Source: Octopus vulgaris
Lineage: Eukaryota
NCBI GenBank assembly: GCA_951406725.2
Contig: OX597815.1
Span: 155,310,001-155,374,000 of the forward strand
Direction of reading: 5' to 3'
DNA length: 64,000 nucleotides
Positions 54,355 through 64,000 of this stretch are shown here, piece after piece. The first letter of the stretch is position 1, and the number at the start of each line of letters is the position of its first letter. The position numbers were made by a program, and so were the translations under genes. The notes beneath the pieces were generated by a model. It ran no database searches. It had not been told where the DNA came from and saw only the letters and a list, made by a program, of their open reading frames with translations.

Positions 54355-55772
54355 TGGAACGAATAGTCCGCAAGAAATTAATCATGTTCCTTGAAGAAAA
54401 TGACTTGCTGACTGACACCCAGCATGGATTTCGACCAGGTAGAAGCTGTCTAACACAGCTCCTGCAATACTATGCCTGAGTGTTAAAACAGCTACTAAAT
54501 GGTTAAGCTACTAAATGTGGATGTGATATATCTCGACTTTGCAGAAGCTTTTGATAAAGCCAACCATGGTATGTTCTGTCACAAACTGCGTGATCTCGGC
54601 ATAGGCGGAAAACTTGGAGAGTGGCTGCATAACTTCCTAAAAGATAGAAGACAGGCAGTGATGGCCAATGGAGCCACCCAAATAACAAATGGTGCTCCAC
54701 AGGGCACTGTCTTAAGGCCACTGCTGTTCATAGTGGCCCTTTCAGACATGACCTCAGTTGCTAAGATGGCCACCCTTGCTTGCTATGCAGATGATACAAA
54801 AGTCTCTCAGAAAATACAAAACCCTGCAAATATTGCACATCAGCAACGGGAGTAGGATACAATATACAGGTGGGCTGAGGACAACAACATACAGTTTAAT
54901 GCAGGAAGTTCCAAGCCCTGCGCTACCGGCACACAAAGGTAAACGACATGCAGACTGGATACACTGGCCCGAGAAGAATTGCAATTCCTGAGTCAAAATC
55001 AGTGCGTGACCTGGGCATTGATATGAGCAATGATGCATCTTTCCAAGTACATGTTGCCAATTTGGTAATAAAATGCAGATGGCTAGTTGGATGGATCCTC
55101 CGAACTTTCAGAACAAGAGAGAAGGAGACACTGATGGTCCTTTGGAAGACATTCGTCCTCATCCGCTTGGACTACTGCTTCCAACTATGGTCACCACACA
55201 ATATAAAGTTAACAGCAGAACTCGAAGCAATCCAACGAAGCTACACTAAGAAGATCGTCTCAATGCAACATATCAGCTACTGGGAAAGACTGAAAGTATT
55301 AAAACACTTCTCCCTGGAGCAAAAACAGGAGAGATATGCAGTGATATACATCTGGAAAATCCTGGAGAGCCTTGTCCCGAATTTTGGCATTGAAAGTTAC
55401 CCCAACAGCAGAACGGGGTGCCACTGCATGGTGCCAAAGATCCCAACATCACCATCAAAATACAGGACTGGATATTGCAACAGCTTGGGTTTCAGGGGAC
55501 CACAACTCTTTAATATTCTCCCTAAATGCCTGAGAGACCTGCATGGTGTGGATGTAGTTTTCTTTAAAACTAAACTGGATCTCTTCTTGTCAGGGGTTCC
55601 AGATGAACCTACCTCTCGGCAGGTAACACAGATGCGGGCAGCGGTGTCGAACTCCCTTGTTGACCAAGTGCTACGTATCAGAGGTGGTTTCACATACTAG
55701 TGTAGCTCATTCAACGGTGGTGCCCCAGCATGGCCGCAGCTTTCGGACTGAAACATTTTTAAGGATTTAAGG

Positions 55773-55777
<5 letters not shown>
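54354..55777 (+). pseudogene. 5'-truncated CR1-clade LINE (reverse transcriptase and C-terminus) between (TA)n tracts
   Basis: QHGFRPGRSC, YLDFAEAFDK, GAPQGTVLRPLLF, YADD, RDLGI, RLDYC..WSP motifs, with stops and frameshifts. Tail ends (taaggatt)2. Confidence 0.93.
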
Positions 55778-55815
<38 letters not shown>

Positions 55816-55856
55816 TAGATAGATAAGAAAGTTTGTTTGGTAAAGCACGTGGGTGA

Positions 55857-56427
55857 ATATATAAGAAAATAGTAAAGAGTGAAAAAACGACAGAAGGCTT
55901 AAATGTTAAAAAATATATATATTTGCGTCAAAATGTCTGGAGAATATTGGAAAAATTTTTTTCCTCCTTAAAATGACATAATTTTATAATTTTTAAAGAA
56001 ATACCGGTTTCGCAGTTAGCTCTTCAAATTTCTTGTGACTTAATGTTTATTTTTAATAACGTAATCCTTGTATTTTTGCTACGGAGACTCAACTATCCGA
56101 ACTCAATAATACAGAGAAATTCACACTAAAGGAAAAAAATTTTTTTAAGCGATTATCTCCCTTACACCGGAAGAAATCACTCACTACTTTCCCTTATTTA
56201 GAACTCTCCGTAGCAAAAATACAAGGATTACGTTATTAAAAATAAACATTAAGTCACAAGAAATTTGAAGAGCTAACTGCGAAACCGGTATTTCTTTAAA
56301 AATTATAAAATTATGTCATTTGGAGGAGGGAAAAAAATTTTTCCAATATTCTCCAGACATTTTGACGCAAATATATATATTTTTTAACATTTAAGCCTTC
56401 TGTCGTTTTTTCACTCTTTACTATTTT

Positions 56428-56436
<9 letters not shown>
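55857..56436. mobile_element. Young foldback element (arms 55857-56087 / 56205-56436) with (TA)n nearby on both sides
   Basis: Arms are almost perfectly reverse-complementary. Hammerhead-like motif in each arm (55996-56034 minus, 56258-56296 plus). Confidence 0.9.
56258..56296 (+). ncRNA. Variant minimal hammerhead-like motif
   Basis: AAGAAA-T-TTGAAGA-GC taact GC-GAAA-CCGG-TA-TTTCTT. C3->U and a one-nt register ambiguity in helix I. Confidence 0.55.
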
Positions 56437-56524
<88 letters not shown>

Positions 56525-56829
56525 GTATATATTTATATATATATTGATAGAAGTGGTAAGAAGGAAAGAGACCTAGATATTATGTAAATAGAGGAATTTA
56601 CATCTCACCCTCTATAAATGTATCTGTGTCTCTCCTTCAGTCTATTCCTTTGCTTATGCATGCGTGTATGTATATATGGGTATGCATATATATCCATGGA
56701 CTGACAAACACTCCTGTTCCTAGCTGGATAAACAAACTGGCCGGACGTATATATGTGTGAGAGTATGTGCATATGTATGTATGCGTGTGAGAGGTATACA
56801 CACACAAACGCGCACACAGACACACATAT

Positions 56830-56863
<34 letters not shown>

Positions 56864-56913
56864 GTAGAGAGAGAGATGTATATATAAAGATATGTATATA
56901 TACATACAGAGAG

Positions 56914-56982
<69 letters not shown>

Positions 56983-57090
56983 TGTGTGTGTGTGTATGTG
57001 TGTATATATGTGTGTGTGTGTGCATATATATATATATGTATGTGTATGTATATATATATATGTGTGTGTGTATCTGCATATATATATATG

Positions 57091-57149
<59 letters not shown>

Positions 57150-57375
57150 AAAGATAGAGGAAGTAGAAGAGATAGAGGAAGTAGAAGAGATAGAGAACTG
57201 TAATGGTAGCTTTGTACTTTATATATCAGGGTCTGGTTCATTTAACTTCAAAAGATGCCAGTATTGACTTCGTCTTTCATCATTAACAAAATCAGACGTG
57301 GAATCTATCCATTATATGGTGATGTTTCTCGTAAATCATCAGCTGGATATATAATGTATAGCTACAGACACGTAT

Positions 57376-57473
<98 letters not shown>

Positions 57474-57527
57474 GTATATATTTATGTACATATATATACC
57501 TACATATATATATATATATATATGTAT

Positions 57528-57580
<53 letters not shown>

Positions 57581-57690
57581 AACATAAAAACGTACATTCG
57601 TATATCTAAATATATATTTATATGTAGTTATAATATATACTTTTAATGCATATAATGTATATATATGCACACACATATCCGTGTAACTGC

Positions 57691-57732
<42 letters not shown>

Positions 57733-58134
57733 TAACAGACGCATATGTACTTCACGTTCGCATCTTAATTCATCTAAAAATAAATATAAGGTTTCACCAA
57801 GAGAATACTTAATAAAAATTCCAAATAACTGAAAAGGAACTAGAAGTATTTAAAATGCATTTACGAAACCTAAAACGGAAGTTGAAGAAATCTTGAACAT
57901 AGAACAAGTCCTGGGGTCGATTTGCTCGACTAAAGGTGATGCTCCAGCGTGGCCGCCGTCAAATGACTGAAACAAATAAAAGAATAGCATGAGGCACTTT
58001 CGCGTATTTCTACTAACAGAAATTACATGCAACACCGTCGTATATTTGTTTAATGAAAATTATTAACTAAAGCAGTGGTCCTCAGACGGGGTCCATATGA
58101 CCCCTAGCGGTCCACACAAGCAAAATAGTAAATG

Positions 58135-58628
58135 AGATCGACTTTGCCTTTCATCCTTTCGGGGTCGATAAATTAAGTACCAGTTACGCACTGGGGTCGA
58201 TGTAATCGACTTAATCCGTTTGTCTGTCCTTGTTTGTCCCCTCTTTGTTTAGCCTCTTGTGGGTAGTAAAGAAAGAAATATTTCGTCTGCCGCTACGTTC
58301 TGAGTTCAAATTCCGCCGAGGTTGACTTTGCCTTTCATCCTTTCGGGGTCGATTAAATAAGTACCAGTTACGCACTGGGGTCGATATAATTGACTTAATC
58401 CGTTTGTCTGTCCTTGTTTGTCGTCTCTATGTTTAGCCCCTTGTGGGTAATAAAGAAATAGATATCTTGTCCGTTTTTACGATCTCAGTTCAAATTCAGC
58501 CAAAGTCGACTTTTCCTTTCATCCTTTCTGAGATCTATAAAATAATGACCAATTGAGCACTTTCGTTGATACAATCGACTTACCCACTCCCCCGAAATTT
58601 CAGCCCTTGTGTCTATAGTAGAAAGGAA
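58135..58628 (+). mobile_element. SINE family A tandem trimer (headless first unit)
   Basis: Three cctttcatcctt units joined at aaagaaata. Confidence 0.88.
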
Positions 58629-59961
58629 TATCTTGCGTTTTCGTAAGGTGGTCAACTTACAGAATCTTTATAATATTAGAAGAAAAAGTACTTTGCAGAA
58701 TTTGTTTCGGCTCTTTACGGTCTGAGTTCAAATCTCCCCAAGCTCAAAGTTGCCCTTCATCTTTCCTGCGTCGATAAAATAAAGTGCGAATCAAGCATTG
58801 AGTCAATAATATCCATTTATTCCCGCCCGCTCAAAATTGTTGGACACGCCAAAGTCAGAAACTATTTTCTTGCGCTTTCATAAGGCTTCTATCTTTGATA
58901 TTTAATTTTATTTTTTCACTATTTGTAAGAAATATTTCAATATACTAAGAAAACTATGATTGAAGCTTGCTCATTCACGAACAGATAATCCTTATCCACT
59001 ACGTCGAATACAAAGAAAAGACATCTGGGATGTTTGGAGGGTAGAAAACGGGATCTTTGGAAAGATGAAAGAAGCTTTTGATATTTGCCACAAGGATAGT
59101 TATTACGTTATTTATTACAAATCGTTTATTAGATCTCATCTTGAAATAGCTGTTGGTAAGATAGTCATTGAAAGGAAACTGCCAACAGATATTGGCGTAA
59201 GTGTTTCTGCACATGAAGTAGCCATCGGATTTATCAAACAGCCAACATTCGCTATATCGAAATTTCATAACGTGCACATTGACGATACTTGAAATAAGAT
59301 AATTGAGAAACTATACATGCGCATATATGCATTTATACCTGCATACATGCACGCACACATACCGACATACAAACAGACAGACAGGCATGTGTGTGTGCGT
59401 GTGTGTATGTGTTTGTGTGTGTCTGTGTTCGAAATGATTAACTTTGTAATGGACTAGGGGAGATATTGTCCAATATGAAGGAATACATATCCCCCTTCAA
59501 AAATGCTGCAGGTTATTAACTAAGAGTGAAAACACTGAAATCATAGACTTGAATAGAAGTAATTTTAACTTGAATATTATATCACACTCAATATTTAATA
59601 TTGACTAGACACAAAGACCCTACATATCAGGAGGGTAAGTGGGGCGTTGGATAAGGAAATTAAGAAGGGTTTCGAGTCTTGCTCTTTTTGCTGATGATGA
59701 TGATGTTCATGTTGTTGTTGTTTAATCTAGATTAAGCTTGAAACGAGAAGATCCGTGAAGATCAAAAGAACTCGTTATTATTACCTCCGCCCCGCCGTCT
59801 ATTAAAGTAGCTATGAATAAGTAATACAATGTCATAAGTTTTCTCTAAAAGATGGCATAGTATAACTTAAAGAAGATTTGGCTACTATTTCTTGCAGTTT
59901 AAGCGACTACATTAAAATGCTTGGTGGCGAAAATTTCGTGAAATGGTTTTCATATGGAACA

Positions 59962-60340
59962 GTGGAGGCGCAATGGCCCAGTGGTTAGGGCAGCGGACTC
60001 GCGGTCGTAGGATCGCGGTTTCGATTCCCAGACCGGGCGTTGTGAGTGTTTATTGAGCGAAAACACCTAAAGCTCCACGAGGCTCCGGCAGGGGATGGTG
60101 GTGATCCCTGTTGTACTCTTTCACCATAACTTTCTCTCACTCTTACTTCCTGTTTCTGTTGTACCTGTATTTCAAAGGGCTGGCCTTACCACTCTCTGTG
60201 TCACGCTGAATATCCCCGAGAACTACGTTAAGGGTACACGTGTCTGTGGAGTGCTCAGCCACTTACACGTTAATTTCACGAGCAGGCTGTTCCGTTGATC
60301 GGATCAACCGGAACCCTCGTCGTCGTAACCGACGGAGTGC
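59962..60340 (+). mobile_element. SINE family B, full length, tail type 1
   Basis: tggcccagtgg A box, ggtttcgattccc B box. Tail shared with 21560-21735. Confidence 0.9.
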
Positions 60341-61356
60341 TTTAGAGATTAGCATATGGAACAAAATTGCTTCCACGATCTTGGCTTTCAGTTTTGTTAC
60401 TGTCGTTGATGTTTTTTCTGTTGTTGTAGCTGTTATTATTATTCTCCTTCTTCTTAGCAGTTGGGGTCTGATAGGGTGATATTGGTGGCGGCAATGGTTT
60501 CGTTTATCCTCCAAAAAGTCAGTCTTGTATGATCAGAACAGCCCAGTCGTCTCCATTCCGGTTTTTATTTCACAGAGTGTGTATCAAAGACTACATTATT
60601 TAATGTATCCTTCCCTTATTTTTGAGACGGTCAGATGTGATACCAGGGGAATTTGGTTGTTATTTCTTACAGATTGGCTGACAATGCAAAAGCTTTCTCG
60701 TTTGGTTCACTTATCTCTGAAAATTCAGAATTGACAGATATCAGTCATAGAAGATGGATAACATTTACAACCTCAACGGTGTGACCTTTCATGCTGCAAG
60801 GTACAGTTTGTAAGTTCATTGCAACCTTACGAGTGATAGGCCTACGTTCTTGAATTTCCTACAAGAACAAAACTTTGATGTGTCGTTCGTTGTTCGTGCT
60901 TATGGTAATCTATTTTTGGTAACCCTCGTCCGCAGTTACGTAAATTTTGTACAGTCTATCATAAAGCCGTAGCTAGCGTTTTGTGTTTATTCATTATTCA
61001 CCTTGCAACTAATAAGAGTATCTAATTGTTCTGCTTTTCCGTTGCTTTAAAGAGAAGCAAACCATTTAGGTTTGTGATATCATTTACATTGATTTCTGAT
61101 ACGTTTATCTCTCGGTAAATGGTAATTGCAGCATAATACAACACAACGTCAAATTATTATGAGCACGTAAAACAGCTAGAATCAGCACAATGATGTGCTT
61201 ATCCATTTTTAACACGTTCCGACTGCTATGCAAGTGAATGTGCTACACGCTGTTGTATTTATTCATCGGAGAATAACTTCTCTCTTTAGATGATGTCTGT
61301 TGACAATACAAACGATTCAGTGACATCAGGACGTGCAAACTTACTGATTCCACGGC

Positions 61357-62392
61357 ATGAGAAGAAGAAGAAGAAGAAGAAGAAGAAGAAGAAGAAGAAG
61401 AAGAAGAAGAAAAAGAAGAAGAAAAAGAAGAAGAAGGAGGAGGAGGAGGAGGAGGAGGAGGACGACGACAAGGAGAAGGAAGAAGCGGAGGAGGACGAGG
61501 ACAAGGAGAAAAAAGAAGATGAGGAGGACGAGGATGAGGAGGAAAAGAAGAAGGAAGACGACGGTGAGGACGAGAACGAGGACGAGGACGAGGAGGGGGA
61601 GGAAGAGAAGAAGGAAGACGACGGGGAGGACGAGAACAAGGACGAGGACGAGGAGGAAGAGGAGAAGGAAGACGACGAGGAGGACGAGGAAGAGGACGAG
61701 GAGGAAGAGGAGAAGGAAGACGACGAAGAGGACGAGGAGGAAGAGAAGAAGGAAGACGACGAGGAGGACGAGGACGATTTCGAGGACGAGGAGGAAGAGA
61801 AAGAGGACGAGGAGGAAGAGGAGAAGGAAGACGACGAAGAGGACGAGGAGGAAGAGAAGAAGGAAGACGACGAGGAGGACGAGGACGATTTCGAGGACGA
61901 GGAGGAAGAGGAAGAGGAAGAGGAAGAGGAGGAAGAGGAAGAGGAGGAAGAGGAGAAGGAAGACGACGAAGAGGACGAGGAGGAAGAGAAGAAGGAAGAC
62001 GACGAGGAGGACGAGGACGATTTCGAGGACGAGGAGGAAGAGGAAGAGGAGGAAGAGGAAAAGGAGGAAGAGGAAAAGGAGGAAGAGGAAGAGGAAGAAG
62101 AGGAAGAGGAAGAGGAAGAGGAAGAGGAAGAGGAAGAGGAAGAGGAAGAGGAAAAGAAGAAGAGGAGGAAGAAGAAGAAGAAGAAGAAGAGGAGGAGAAG
62201 AAGGGGAGGAGGAGAAGAAGAAGAAGAAGAAGAAGAAGAAGAAGAGGAGGAGAAGAAGGGGAGGAGGAGAAGAAGAAGAAGAAGATGAGGAGAAGAAGGG
62301 GAGGAGAAGAAGGGGAGGAGAAGAAGGGGAGGAGAAGAAGGGGAGGAGAAGAAGAGGAGGAGAAGAAGAAGAAGAAGAAGAGGAAGAGGAGG
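61357..62392. repeat. ~1-kb polypurine triplet-phased repeat with a higher-order unit
   Basis: GAA/GAG/GAC triplets. A ~98-bp block marked by GATTTC recurs at 61776, 61887 and 62019. Confidence 0.92.
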
Positions 62393-63121
62393 TAAAAATG
62401 CAGTATATATTGCACAGATTAAAAGTAGCTGAACCGAAATACAAATAAAATTTGAGCCAGGTTTTGACATCAATCATCTTCACTATCATCATCTTGACAC
62501 CATTATTGTCACATCACTACCAATACTATGATTATAATTATTATTATCATCGTCGTCATCATCACGATCTTCATCATCACGATCGGCATGATCATTATGG
62601 TTACATCATTTTCATTACTATTATCATTATTCTTTTCATAATCGTCATCATCAACTGATGATGATGATGATGAGTTCGACGACGATGACGATGACGACGA
62701 CCATGATGATGATATTGGAACAATAAAAAATGCACACCTTTTGTCTTTGAAAAATCATTGAAACGTGATAGTTGACACAGTAAGAAGACAGCACGTTAGC
62801 AAGTGAAGGAGAATAAAATGTCTTTTAATTGACATTAAATTCGAATCTTCAACACGTGCGGCTTTCTAAACTTTAACGAAAATGGATATCTATCGTTTAT
62901 ATAGAGATTAGCAATATTAAGCGTTTGAGAATTTGTTAAAATGGGCATATATAGAAATGTTCCCAAAATTATGAAGAATCAGTTATGTTGGCTGGAATGG
63001 TGGGGATGGGGTAGATATGGTGTATCGTCGAACAGGAAAAGGCATGGATAGTGGGTTGAAGAATTTACAGTGTGAGAGTTGTTTAATGTATATGAGTTTA
63101 TGGTACTGTAACTACATAAAG

Positions 63122-63390
63122 CAGTGGTTCCCAAACTTTTTCGGGAACCGCCCCCTTGGTACCCAGGCCACATTCCTAGCGCCCCCACCCGCCTCACATA
63201 GACTACTTTCTGCAGCAAATTCAAAACTGTTACGTCTCACAAATAAAACGATCCAATTAACCCATTATTCACATTGCCACTTTTTGGCTATCCCATTATT
63301 GCCTTGCCCCACTTTTCTTGAACGCGCCCGACCACTGGATCTTTCCACTCCCCAAGAGAAACGCAGTACCACCAACTTTGGGAACCTCTG
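63122..63390. mobile_element. hAT (Charlie-like) MITE
   Basis: TIRs CAGTGGTTCCCAAA / TTTGGGAACCTCTG. Flanks acataaag / atctatag match only partly. Confidence 0.78.
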
Positions 63391-63704
63391 ATCTATAGCT
63401 ATAAAACAGACCTCAGTCTGAAAACGATAAGTTTCGTTTGTAACAGACAGTATTTGGAAGTTCTCTAAATATAGACCATAGTACTACATTTACAGATTTT
63501 CATAATATTTTTACTTTAACATTTGATATTGAAAAATCACAGTATTGCTAACATGAAATTGGCAGATATATTTTAAAGGAAAATATATCTTAACATTTTC
63601 AACTTTAATAAATATTTTTATCGTAACTAACTATATTTCATATATACTTTAAAATAATCTCTCACATATATGTATGTATGTATGTATGTTTGTATGTATG
63701 TATG

Positions 63705-64000
63705 TCAGGTCACTTTCGAGTGCTACTGGTAACATGTAACCCAGTACAACCTGTTGCATGGTCAGATCGTCGGCGACTAAACCGGCAACCCCACCAAGGG
63801 TGTTTATTGGACACCCTGCGGGATGAAAAACAAAACCCGTCAAAGGGCGGAGGAACTCTTGGGAGTCAACGGCCATCCAATAAATGCCTTTAGGCTGTAT
63901 CTTGCGCGAGGACATAGAAATAATCGGACTGAATACCCGATTGCGCGGTTAAATCATTGGGAGTGAAGGACTCCTAGCCTTTGTTAGGGCATCCTTCTAG
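63705..64000 (+). mobile_element. GC-richer segment, possibly the 5' UTR of a LINE continuing beyond the window
   Basis: Abrupt composition shift after (TATG)n, with short stems (agggtgt/acaccct). No coding evidence inside the window. Confidence 0.3.

Noticed and set aside
57318-57343. Minus-strand CTGATGA-tttacga-GAAAC
   Set aside because: No stable helix II or III; could be a decayed motif but is not supportable.
59962-60040. tRNA-Arg-like sequence (also at 32990 and 38972)
   Set aside because: It is a SINE head that continues into SINE body; I could not form a proper acceptor stem for a functional tRNA.
61243-62492. Five overlapping 330-395 aa ORFs
   Set aside because: Open in nearly all frames because of the purine-only repeat; no domain content.

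Overview
AT-rich eukaryotic genomic DNA, intergenic or intronic, with no host gene I can support. The tRNA-derived SINE families and the extreme microsatellite density suggest an octopus/cephalopod genome (inference). Almost all ORF-track entries are microsatellite read-through artefacts. The real coding remnants are transposon fragments: CR1, R4/Dong and RTE LINEs, two Penelope-like GIY-YIG fragments and a mariner transposase. There are also three SINE families and several MITEs. The most striking signal is 13 minimal type-I hammerhead-ribozyme-like motifs in about 7 sequence groups. In all but one degenerate copy the layout is helix I / core / helix II / GAAA / self-complementary helix III / UH / helix I. 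Many sit in 0.3-0.6 kb non-coding foldback elements next to (TA)n or (TG)n tracts, and three of these carry a complete motif on each strand. Hammerheads in Penelope-like elements are known. The diversity, long helix II insertions and two-polarity foldback form seen here deserve testing. All alignments and folds were done by eye; no searches were run.
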